A stretch of DNA of 20,000 nt. It comes from an uncultured virus (IMG/VR IMGVR_UViG_3300027156_000006) (Duplodnaviria > Heunggongvirae > Uroviricota > Caudoviricetes). The notes under the pieces are model-generated. The model searched no databases, was not told the origin of the DNA, and worked only from the letters and a program-made list of their open reading frames with translations. Position numbers and translations under genes: made by a program. The stretch lies in IMG/VR virus record IMGVR_UViG_3300027156_000006; one strand, written 5' to 3'. The first letter of the stretch is position 1. Each line of letters opens with the position of its first letter. This document shows, in pieces, positions 1 through 7,055 of this stretch.

Positions 1-239
1 ACACGGTAAGCGTGGGACGTTTGCTGGAAGTGGCACGTCGTCAAGGCTTGATTGACACCAGCTTCATTGTTGGTCCCAATGGTGAACGCACCAGGATGTA
101 CCAAAGCTGGGCTTATGAAGCTCCAGATGTTGATTTTGAGCCTGTTCCCGCTCAGGAAGAAGCTCCCCAAGAAGAGCCTGTTCCCATTGTTCCCAATGAA
201 AGTCTTCCCGAAGGGGAAGACGATGATGAGTGGTTCTGA
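1..239 (+). CDS. 3' end of a gene truncated by the window edge; acidic C-terminal tail; function unknown
   Basis: Frame of ORF 12..239 is open back to the window start and ends in ...PEGEDDDEWF; a terminator follows at 331-352. Confidence 0.6.
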   Translation, partial: TVSVGRLLEVARRQGLIDTSFIVGPNGERTRMYQSWAYEAPDVDFEPVPAQEEAPQEEPVPIVPNESLPEGEDDDEWF

Positions 240-330
240 CTGTCTCGCAATAGGAGGGAGGCTCTATTGCACAGCCTCCCCGCTGCCTACCGTAGCGAGC
301 AGCTTTCTTCAGTATAGACAAAAGACTAAC

Positions 331-352
331 GGGGGCTCAAGCCCCCTTTTTT
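331..352 (+). terminator. Intrinsic (Rho-independent) terminator
   Basis: GGGGGC-TCAA-GCCCCC hairpin followed by TTTTTT. Confidence 0.85.
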
Positions 353-497
353 GTGCCAATTTCCTCACTGGCCCTCTTGTGAAAATTTGGCGGGGGTGAG
401 TAAACTGGTTCCGGAATGTCCCGCGAGTATCCCAGAGATCTCAGACGAGCATTCCAGGGGGCTACAAGCCTACGCTGCCTGGCCATCCAGAGCAAGC

Positions 498-616
498 GGA
501 GCCCCCCAGGGCGAAGCGCCTCGATCATCAGGCCAAGATTCCCTAAAAGGAACAGGCCAGACGAGGCCTCAAACCTCCGCAATGCCGCTCTAGCCAGAGT
601 GGAGCCCCACAGGGCG
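498..616. repeat. Imperfect 16-bp direct repeat pair
   Basis: GGAGCCCCCCAGGGCG (498-513) and GGAGCCCCACAGGGCG (601-616), one mismatch, each shortly preceded by CCAGAG. Confidence 0.7.
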
Positions 617-694
617 GAACGTTCCAGACGAAAGGCAAACAAGCCTTCAAACAAAAAGAACGTTACTAACATTGCAAAGGAAACTACCAAAGCA

Positions 695-931
695 ATGCTT
701 CTACCGCCTCAGCCAGTAGAAAAGCTCCCTCTGCTGGAGCACAATGGAGCAGAAATTCTGCCAATCATTCATCACGGCTTTTCAAAACCCGCTAAAGGGC
801 CGCAACCAGCGGCCCGTACGCTTTACGGAGCCCGTGATAACAATGGTGAGCGCCATTGGCGCGGAAGCTTGCATGAAATCCAGCAATTGATTGATGGTGG
901 TTTCGCCGTGCAGGAGCAAGCCAATGCGTGA
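695..931 (+). CDS. Hypothetical phage protein (78 aa, MLLPPQPVEK...)
   Basis: ATG at 695 after an A-rich leader; C-terminal part of ORF 416..931; stop overlaps the next start. Confidence 0.6.
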   Translation: MLLPPQPVEKLPLLEHNGAEILPIIHHGFSKPAKGPQPAARTLYGARDNNGERHWRGSLHEIQQLIDGGFAVQEQANA

Positions 932-1139
932 ATTCTGCACCAACCCAAAGGATTGCATGGCTCTTGCTTACGAGCGTGAAGCTGAGCATGAAATGGACTC
1001 TCGCGGGCTAGATGCTGCTTATGCAGAAATCGTTGATAGCTTCCACAAAGAAATGGAAGAATTTATTAGGAAGTATTGCCCTAAAAAGCTAAATGAGTTT
1101 GATGATCTGTTAGAAAAAGCTTTCTGGCAGTATCATTGA
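924..1139 (+). CDS. Hypothetical phage protein (71 aa, MREFCTNPKD...)
   Basis: AGGAG RBS at 912-916, ATG 924 overlapping the upstream gene's end. Confidence 0.7.
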   Translation: MREFCTNPKDCMALAYEREAEHEMDSRGLDAAYAEIVDSFHKEMEEFIRKYCPKKLNEFDDLLEKAFWQYH

Positions 1140-1142
1140 ACC

Positions 1143-1316
1143 ATGCTTAATTCAGGCGATGATCTTCAGCGTCTCATTGATGATGCCATTCGTCGCCATG
1201 AAATCAGAGTGGCACTATGGAGCGGCGCATTAGGCGCCGCTCTTCTATTAGGCACGTTCCATGCCATTGCATTGCTTCGTCATGAATTACACTCCCTCAC
1301 CATTGTCACAAGCTGA
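1143..1316 (+). CDS. Small single-TM hypothetical protein (57 aa), not in the ORF track
   Basis: Read by hand: MLNSGDDLQRLIDDAIRRHEIRVALWSGALGAALLLGTFHAIALL...; hydrophobic segment; IDDAIRRH plus TM resembles, from memory, a conserved cyanophage small protein. Confidence 0.65.
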   Translation: MLNSGDDLQRLIDDAIRRHEIRVALWSGALGAALLLGTFHAIALLRHELHSLTIVTS

Positions 1317-1452
1317 ATGGGAAGAGCTTTGTATGTTGAAGCAAGCCATTGATGATGCTCCGGCCACTGTCGTGGCCTCGCGCATGGAACGTTTCACAGA
1401 ATTATTTGTTCGTACTCTCCATGGAAAGGGAGATACCATGAGGGGCGCATAG
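1282..1452 (+). CDS. Small hypothetical protein (56 aa), cyanophage-like
   Basis: MNYTPSPLSQAEWEELCMLKQAIDDAPATVVASRMERFTELFVRTLHGKGD; recalled similarity to cyanophage hypothetical proteins. Confidence 0.65.
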   Translation: MNYTPSPLSQAEWEELCMLKQAIDDAPATVVASRMERFTELFVRTLHGKGDTMRGA

Positions 1453-1494
1453 CCAAAAGCTTCGCTTACAATGCGAGAAGCAAAATAATAAAGA

Positions 1495-2250
1495 ATGCCT
1501 CGTCCTGAAATTGAATTTGCTACGCCTGAAGAAGAAGAGGCTTATGCACGAAAAGCTTTAGCAAAGGCTGGCGTTCCAATTTCACAATACGAAGCCATTC
1601 GTGAGCATAAATCAAAAGGCGGTACAGCCGGTCCTGGCATCTACACCAAAGAGATGCTTGGCGTTAGGCGATGGATGGTGCAGGAGCTTCTTGCAGCAAA
1701 AATGAGCAATCGTCAGATTGCGAATGTTCTTAAACTCAGCAAAGAAACAGTTAATGGTGATCGCCATTTCAACCGCGATCTCTATACGCAAGAAATCTTG
1801 AAGAATCAAGATACGCACAGGGCGCGTCTCTTGAAAGAACAAATGGAGCTAAAAGACTTAGCTCTTCGTAGCTTTGAAAATAGTAAGCGCAAGAAAGTAG
1901 TCACCATTATGGACGGTGGTGACGATGGTAGCAAGGAGATGGTGAAGATTGAAGAAAGTGCTGGCGACGCATCGTTCCTTAACGTGGCCAAGAATTCCCT
2001 GGTGGAACAAGCAAAGTTGCTTGGCTTGAACGAAATCAAGCAAGTGGAAAACCAAGACACCTCCTATAGGAAATTCCTGAAAGATTTGTCTTCCACCATT
2101 GAAAAGGAGAAGGAAGCCAAAGCAACGGAAGAACGCCGAAGCAATTCTCTTCCTGCGTCTGCTGAGACTATTAGCTTCGATGCAGAACCAGAAAACGAGC
2201 CACTTCCTGACGCCATGCCTTTACAAACAATTAATGAAGATGACTATTGA
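1495..2250 (+). CDS. HTH DNA-binding protein, terminase small subunit-like
   Basis: HTH segment MSNRQIANVLKLSKETVNGD, then a helical region and AGDASFLNVAKNSLVEQAKLLGL, a pattern typical of TerS-like proteins. Confidence 0.55.
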   Translation: MPRPEIEFATPEEEEAYARKALAKAGVPISQYEAIREHKSKGGTAGPGIYTKEMLGVRRWMVQELLAAKMSNRQIANVLKLSKETVNGDRHFNRDLYTQEILKNQDTHRARLLKEQMELKDLALRSFENSKRKKVVTIMDGGDDGSKEMVKIEESAGDASFLNVAKNSLVEQAKLLGLNEIKQVENQDTSYRKFLKDLSSTIEKEKEAKATEERRSNSLPASAETISFDAEPENEPLPDAMPLQTINEDDY

Positions 2251-2275
2251 CAATGGTCCTTAATGGGACCATTAT
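2247..2275 (+). promoter_or_regulatory. Sigma70-type promoter overlapped by a palindrome
   Basis: TTGACA (2247-2252), 17-nt spacer, CATTAT (2270-2275); inverted repeat AATGGTCC (2252-2259) / GGACCATT (2266-2273). Confidence 0.65.
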
Positions 2276-2298
2276 GAGCCCATCTTCTCCCTTTTCCA

Positions 2299-2724
2299 TT
2301 GGACGCTTTTGATTCCGTCGACCAGTTTCTACGGCAAGCTGTAGCCGCTAAAGATGGCAAGCGGCAAGCTATCGGCGCTTCAATCTCGCCTCACTTGCAG
2401 GACCATGGCACTGTAGGCATTCCGCCGAAACTGGCCAAGACCATAGAAGCCATGCTGCAGAAGCATGGCGACGAAACCTACCGGCAAGTGGCCCTGTTCT
2501 GCCTGGGCAAATGGTTTGAGCTGCACATTGGCATGTTTGAGGAACTCATTGGTGAAGAGCCCAGTATGGCTTGTAGCTGCCTAATGGACTCCACTCGCAT
2601 TGCTGATGCTCTCCATCTCCTTTCAGAAATTAATAGCATTGGAGGCGACGGCGGATGGCGCACCATGCTTGAAGAAACGCTCAGTCAGCACATTCTTGAA
2701 GAGCTTGAAGAGGAGAGTTGGTAA
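2299..2724 (+). CDS. Hypothetical phage protein (141 aa)
   Basis: ORF track; TTG start downstream of the promoter; stop overlaps the next ATG. Confidence 0.7.
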   Translation: MDAFDSVDQFLRQAVAAKDGKRQAIGASISPHLQDHGTVGIPPKLAKTIEAMLQKHGDETYRQVALFCLGKWFELHIGMFEELIGEEPSMACSCLMDSTRIADALHLLSEINSIGGDGGWRTMLEETLSQHILEELEEESW

Positions 2725-2894
2725 TGGCTGCAACGTGCCGCACATTCTTGATCACCACTTACGAAGGCAAGAAAATCGCCCTTGGGGCGATTTCCGCAAA
2801 ACAAGCTGAACACTTTATGCTTGCCATGCGTCCCGATGTGAGGATTGCAATGATTGAAGAAATTCCTCCGCTTCCCGAAGACCCCAAATTATGA
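2724..2894 (+). CDS. Hypothetical protein (56 aa, MAATCRTFLITTYEGKK...), not in the ORF track
   Basis: TAATG coupling, GAGGAG RBS upstream, ATGA coupling to the next gene. Confidence 0.7.
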   Translation: MAATCRTFLITTYEGKKIALGAISAKQAEHFMLAMRPDVRIAMIEEIPPLPEDPKL

Positions 2895-3061
2895 TTTTCT
2901 CTTTCCATTGCTCTGACATCACTGGGCATATTCGCCTGGGAGATTTCTGTTTTCAATGGAGAAATAGTTTTCTTCTTGGCACAATGTATGACGGCTTTGG
3001 TGAAAGCCTTCTAATCATCGGCAATCGTTCTTTTCGTTTCGGACAATTCCGTTTCATCTAA
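2891..3061 (+). CDS. Hypothetical protein (56 aa, MIFSFHCSDITGHIRLG...), not in the ORF track
   Basis: ATGA overlap with the previous stop; fills the gap up to the ATG at 3064. Confidence 0.6.
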   Translation: MIFSFHCSDITGHIRLGDFCFQWRNSFLLGTMYDGFGESLLIIGNRSFRFGQFRFI

Positions 3062-3063
3062 TC

Positions 3064-3483
3064 ATGGACTTTCAGCTCTCCCTTGTTGAAGAGCATTCTC
3101 TGCCTCGCATGGTTCACATTTGCATTCCTCCTCAATTGCGAGAAGAAGCACAAGCTTTAGCCATGGAGAATCCGCCCATTCATCCTGCATGGCGAAAGGC
3201 TCAACAACGTGGTAGACATTTTGTCATTGCCACCAATGAGCTAGATGACATTACGGAACTTGCCGACTTTGCTCGTACCAACATTGAAGAGCCTGAAGGG
3301 CCGATGAGCAAGCCAAAGCGACAGGCTTATCAAATCCTGCTGGATAGGGCATTCAGGCATGCTGAGCTAATGCCAGTGGGCTCTTGCCATGCCATTGCCA
3401 TTAAATGGCGAGACAAGCCTTTGCCTATCACCAAAAATCTAAGCATCGCCACACAGGCTTTGCGCAAGCCACGAGCTTTGTAA
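3064..3483 (+). CDS. Hypothetical phage protein (139 aa)
   Basis: ORF track; last gene before the terminator at 3496. Confidence 0.75.
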   Translation: MDFQLSLVEEHSLPRMVHICIPPQLREEAQALAMENPPIHPAWRKAQQRGRHFVIATNELDDITELADFARTNIEEPEGPMSKPKRQAYQILLDRAFRHAELMPVGSCHAIAIKWRDKPLPITKNLSIATQALRKPRAL

Positions 3484-3495
3484 CGATTTATGAAC

Positions 3496-3519
3496 GGCCC
3501 CCTTGATAGGGGGCCTTTT
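3496..3519 (+). terminator. Intrinsic terminator
   Basis: GGCCCCCT-TGAT-AGGGGGCC followed by TTTT. Confidence 0.8.
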
Positions 3520-3575
3520 GCTGGCACACTATGCACATGCGACGGCGAACGTCGCTAGCCCTCTGCTTCACCATC

Positions 3576-3908
3576 GTGACCGTCTCCTTCAATCACCTAC
3601 TGCCCAACCATCCTGTTTCTGCTTTTAAGGATGGAGAGCTTGCCATGCACTTTGGCCAGCCAATGGTGACGCGCAGCTTCTCCATGGGAGATCTGCAAGA
3701 ATTCATTTGCACCATTGAAAAGGCTATTGATGAAGAGCCTAACGTCGTGCAACAACTGGCCCTGGAGCGCATTCGTTGTGCTTTTGTTGTGAGCTTGGAC
3801 ATGCTCAAGCAGAATCATGAAGAGCTTCAAAAAGAGGCTCCTCTTGGTGCTGATTTTGAAGAATATCTAATGAACTACAACAATGCCATTAAAGGAGGCA
3901 AACTGTGA
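3576..3908 (+). CDS. Hypothetical protein (start uncertain: GTG 3576 or ATG 3531)
   Basis: ORF track 3531..3908; GTGA coupling to the next gene. Confidence 0.65.
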   Translation: MTVSFNHLLPNHPVSAFKDGELAMHFGQPMVTRSFSMGDLQEFICTIEKAIDEEPNVVQQLALERIRCAFVVSLDMLKQNHEELQKEAPLGADFEEYLMNYNNAIKGGKL

Positions 3909-4081
3909 GCACGCCCAAAGATGTGCTTTCAGACGCTATTTTTAATTACTTTGATAATGACAATGGCGATGAGTTCATCAAAGATCTCGCGGAATTGTTG
4001 GCGCAAGATAGGGATCATCATCTTAGGAAATTTCGCGCTATCTCTCATGCCTACGAACAACTCTTTGGCCAAAGCTTCTGA
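3905..4081 (+). CDS. Hypothetical protein (58 aa, MSTPKDVLSDAIFNYFD...), not in the ORF track
   Basis: GGAGG RBS upstream, GTGA overlap with the previous stop, natural-looking composition. Confidence 0.7.
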   Translation: MSTPKDVLSDAIFNYFDNDNGDEFIKDLAELLAQDRDHHLRKFRAISHAYEQLFGQSF

Positions 4082-4220
4082 TCCATTGTTGGATTGGGAT
4101 TATGACAAACGAAGCGTGATGCAACTTGCTACGGCAAAGCTTGAACGTAGGCTTCAATACTGGCGAGAGAAAGAGCAGGAGGAAATCCTGAAGCGATATC
4201 GTCTCGTCACTTCCATCTAG
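4047..4220 (+). CDS. Hypothetical protein (57 aa, MPTNNSLAKASDPLLDW...)
   Basis: C-terminal part of track ORF 3921..4220, read from ATG 4047. Confidence 0.55.
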   Translation: MPTNNSLAKASDPLLDWDYDKRSVMQLATAKLERRLQYWREKEQEEILKRYRLVTSI

Positions 4221-4257
4221 CCAAATTGCCAATTTCTACACACTACGAGGTTCAACA

Positions 4258-4467
4258 ATGACTCAAGAACATCCCATCACCCCAATGAGCGACTTCCACC
4301 CCGCACCATTCGATGACTTTTCCACCGAACTGCGCGATCCGTGGCCCGTTGTGGAGCGGCTACGCATGGCACTGCGCGAGGCCGAGCGCTACTGCCTCGG
4401 CGCTGAAAACACCACCGGGCAGTGCATCACATCCCTTCTTGAAATTCTTCCTGACGAAGATGACTGA
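4258..4467 (+). CDS. Small accessory hypothetical protein (69 aa; second possible start at MSDFHP)
   Basis: GAGG RBS and ATG 4258; ATGACTGA coupling to the next gene. Confidence 0.65.
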   Translation: MTQEHPITPMSDFHPAPFDDFSTELRDPWPVVERLRMALREAERYCLGAENTTGQCITSLLEILPDEDD

Positions 4468-4720
4468 CTTCCGAGCGCTGTGCGCCCGCATGGCTGACGA
4501 GCTGGACCATTACCGGCAGCTTTTGATGGATGACCGACGCGAAGCACATGCGTTGGCGACAGAAGCCCGCGCCGCACTTGCTCAGCCCAAGCCGCCGAGC
4601 TTGAGGGAGCAGGCGCTAGATGCCCTCACCCTTCTATGCAAAGGGCCGGACGCAACAGCTTTTGTGACGTGTAGAGACACCATCCGCCGTGCTCTCGAAC
4701 AGCTTCCCGACAACGAGTAG
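4460..4720 (+). CDS. Small accessory hypothetical protein (86 aa, MTDFRALCA...PPSLREQAL...IRRALEQLPD)
   Basis: ATG 4460 overlapping the upstream gene's end; blocks recalled from freshwater cyanophage accessory genes. Confidence 0.7.
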   Translation: MTDFRALCARMADELDHYRQLLMDDRREAHALATEARAALAQPKPPSLREQALDALTLLCKGPDATAFVTCRDTIRRALEQLPDNE

Positions 4721-4745
4721 TCACCTTCACTAATTACGCCAACCC

Positions 4746-4919
4746 ATGCCCACCAAGCTCAAAGCCAGCACCCTCCCCGTCAACCTCACCGCCTACCAGC
4801 GCGCCATCGACGCCGCCGCTCGCACCGTTTCCGGTATCCCGCGCTGCCAGCTAGAGGCCATCGTCGCCGCTGCCATCACCGCCATTGGCAAACCAACAGA
4901 TGACAACCAAGCGGCCTGA
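4746..4919 (+). CDS. Hypothetical protein (57 aa, MPTKLKASTLPVNLTAYQRAID...), not in the ORF track
   Basis: Read by hand; C-ending codon bias matches neighbouring genes. Confidence 0.65.
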   Translation: MPTKLKASTLPVNLTAYQRAIDAAARTVSGIPRCQLEAIVAAAITAIGKPTDDNQAA

Positions 4920-5076
4920 AAACCAACCCTGTCGCCTTGTCTCCCTCTGCGGTCAGTTCCTCACCGTCAATGGCACCTTCTCCGCAGACCCTGCCAGCGC
5001 CCTCACAGCCGAACGCTGGTGGCTTGAACGAGAACAACGACGCATCAACACCCTCTCCATCATCATCCGCGCCTAG
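4900..5076 (+). CDS. Hypothetical protein (58 aa, MTTKRPENQPCRLV...)
   Basis: Track ORF 4885..5076 read from ATG 4900; overlaps the 5' end of the RusA frame. Confidence 0.5.
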   Translation: MTTKRPENQPCRLVSLCGQFLTVNGTFSADPASALTAERWWLEREQRRINTLSIIIRA

Positions 5077-5500
5077 TGCCATCACCTTCAACGTGATCGG
5101 CATGGAACCAGCAACCCAAGGCTCTAAAAGCCATGTCGGTAACGGGATCATGCGCGAAACCAATCAGCGCCTCCGTCCCTGGCGCTCTCTCGTCACCGAC
5201 GCAGCCCTAGCAACCAATACCCCACTCATCAATCACCCCGTCTCCATCTCAATAACCTTTCGCTTCCTACGCCCCAAAGGCCACTACAACAAATCCGGCC
5301 TATCCCCTAAAGCACCAGCCCACCTAACCTCTCGCCTAAAGGGCGACATCGACAAACTTTCCCGTGCCGTGCTTGATGCCCTCACTGGCTCACTTCTTCA
5401 CGACGATTCTCAAGTGGTTCAACTGGCTGCCCACAAGCGCTACTGCACCGCAGAAGAAAAACCTGGTGCCCTCATCACCATCATCCCGCTGGCAACCTAA
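4970..5500 (+). CDS. rusA: RusA-family Holliday junction resolvase (start uncertain)
   Basis: PATQGSK N-terminal motif and catalytic pattern GDIDKLSRAVLDALTG...DDSQV. Confidence 0.85.
   Translation: MAPSPQTLPAPSQPNAGGLNENNDASTPSPSSSAPSAITFNVIGMEPATQGSKSHVGNGIMRETNQRLRPWRSLVTDAALATNTPLINHPVSISITFRFLRPKGHYNKSGLSPKAPAHLTSRLKGDIDKLSRAVLDALTGSLLHDDSQVVQLAAHKRYCTAEEKPGALITIIPLAT
5491..5500 (+). promoter_or_regulatory. Putative late-promoter motif
   Basis: GGCAACCTAA ending 19 nt before ATG 5520; recurrent motif. Confidence 0.6.
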
Positions 5501-5519
5501 AGCAGCGGCACCCTGTGCC

Positions 5520-5834
5520 ATGGAACCCTGGTCCATCGTTGCTGAAGATCCCGCAACAGGCGAACCCTTCGGCCTGGTCCTTCAACACGACGTTGACCCA
5601 GAACTCGCTGAACACATCGCACGCAATCTTCTCGCTACCTTCCGCCTCACAGGTGGCTACCTCCCAACCAACGGCCATCGTTCCCTTAAAGGTCACTACC
5701 TCTTCCTCTACTTCGTCGCACCAGAACCCGTCGCACGCTTAGCCACCATCTGGGCACGCTCCTTTCAAGACGCTGAAGACAAGCTCAATATCCTCGCCTC
5801 AGATGGCACCCTCCTCATGCCCTCCTCCGGTTAA
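5520..5834 (+). CDS. Hypothetical protein (104 aa, MEPWSIVAEDP...)
   Basis: C-terminal part of track ORF 5364..5834, starting after the rusA stop. Confidence 0.7.
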   Translation: MEPWSIVAEDPATGEPFGLVLQHDVDPELAEHIARNLLATFRLTGGYLPTNGHRSLKGHYLFLYFVAPEPVARLATIWARSFQDAEDKLNILASDGTLLMPSSG

Positions 5835-5843
5835 ACTCCGGCC

Positions 5844-7055
5844 ATGGCAAATACAATCTCAGATCTCAAGTTTGACCATAAGAACGCCCGCAAGCGTACT
5901 GATAGTTCCGCACGCCTCATTCAGGAATCCCTGCAGCGCTACGGCGCAGCACGCTCCATCGTCATCGACGAAGAGAACCGCATCCTTGCGGGCAACGGCA
6001 CCATCGAAGGTGCCAAGGCACTAGGGCTAACGAAGCTCAAGGTCGTTGAAGCCAGCGGTGACGAGATCATCGCCGTGCGCCGTAGCGGCCTCTCCGAAGA
6101 TGAGAAGGTCGGCCTCGCTATCGCTGACAACCGCGCTGCTGAACTCTCGGACTGGGATGCCGAGATGCTGCAACAGCTCAGCGAAGAGCATGACCTAGAG
6201 CCTTGGTTTGAAGCAGAAGACCTAGACGAGCTGCTTAAGGAAGCCGAGCAACTCGATCCAGTCGAAGGCAACACCGACCCCGATGAGGTGCCTGAGGCAC
6301 CCGAAGATCCGATCACCAAGCCAGGTGATCTCTGGATTCTCGGCAATCATCGCCTCCTCTGCGGTGACAGCACCAACCCGCAGCACGTTGAACGCCTGAT
6401 GGATCAGCAGGAGGCGGACATGCTCTACTGCGATCCTCCTTATGGGATGAACCTCAACACCGACTACAGCCAGATCAAAGGCTCCGCAAAAAGCCCTAAC
6501 GCAAAGGGCTACAAATGGAAAGAAGTAATAGGAGATGACAAAGATTTTGATCCATCGGCTCTAATAGCTTTGTTCCAAGATGTGCCAGAGCAATTTTGGT
6601 GGGGAGCTGATTATTACTTTGAATGCCTGCCTCGCGGTGGCAGCTTGATTGTTTGGCAAAAACGGGACAAGGCTGATGCTGAGATGATCGGTAACGATTT
6701 TGAGATCTGCTGGTCTAAGAAGCGCCATAAGAAAGCAACATTTTGGAAGCGCTGGGTTGGTTTTGACTCTGTAGAACGCGGAGAGAAGCGCGTCCACCCA
6801 ACGCAGAAGCCCGTTGACTTGCATTCATGGGTCTTCGATCAATGGGGAAAACAAGGTGACGTTGTAGTAGACCTCTTTGGAGGCTCAGGCTCCACCCTTA
6901 TCGCCTGCGAAAAGACCAACCGCCACTGCCGCATAATGGAACTCGACCCCGCCTACTGCGATGTGATCGTCAAGCGCTGGGAAGACTTCACCGGTAACAC
7001 CGCCATCTGCCAACCCTCCGCTACCCACTTTGCGGAGCAACAGGAGGCAGCCTGA
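5844..7055 (+). CDS. ParB-like N-terminal domain fused to an amino (N6-A/N4-C) DNA methyltransferase, beta-class motif order
   Basis: ParB-like SLQRYGAARSIVIDEENRILAGNG...ADNR; motif IV DPPY precedes HPTQKP and motif I DLFGGSGST; typical terminase-adjacent phage MTase. Confidence 0.92.
   Translation: MANTISDLKFDHKNARKRTDSSARLIQESLQRYGAARSIVIDEENRILAGNGTIEGAKALGLTKLKVVEASGDEIIAVRRSGLSEDEKVGLAIADNRAAELSDWDAEMLQQLSEEHDLEPWFEAEDLDELLKEAEQLDPVEGNTDPDEVPEAPEDPITKPGDLWILGNHRLLCGDSTNPQHVERLMDQQEADMLYCDPPYGMNLNTDYSQIKGSAKSPNAKGYKWKEVIGDDKDFDPSALIALFQDVPEQFWWGADYYFECLPRGGSLIVWQKRDKADAEMIGNDFEICWSKKRHKKATFWKRWVGFDSVERGEKRVHPTQKPVDLHSWVFDQWGKQGDVVVDLFGGSGSTLIACEKTNRHCRIMELDPAYCDVIVKRWEDFTGNTAICQPSATHFAEQQEAA

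Noticed and set aside
241..310. Known self-cleaving ribozyme (HDV-like/theta, hammerhead, twister)
   Set aside because: Required core elements (P3/L3 of HDV-like ribozymes, CUGAnGA and GAAA of hammerheads) were not found on either strand
416..694. N-terminal 93 aa of track ORF 416..931
   Set aside because: Arg-rich, repeat-derived sequence; ATG 695 is a more natural start
1220..1242. 9-bp hairpin GAGCGGCGC-ATTAG-GCGCCGCTC as a terminator
   Set aside because: Lies inside a plausible CDS and has only a weak U tract; single occurrence
3921..4046. N-terminal hydrophobic half of track ORF 3921..4220
   Set aside because: Overlaps a better-supported ORF 3905..4081 with an RBS and GTGA coupling
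5844..7055. Restriction-modification or plasmid partition system
   Set aside because: No cognate endonuclease or ParA nearby; ParB-MTase fusions beside terminases are common in phages
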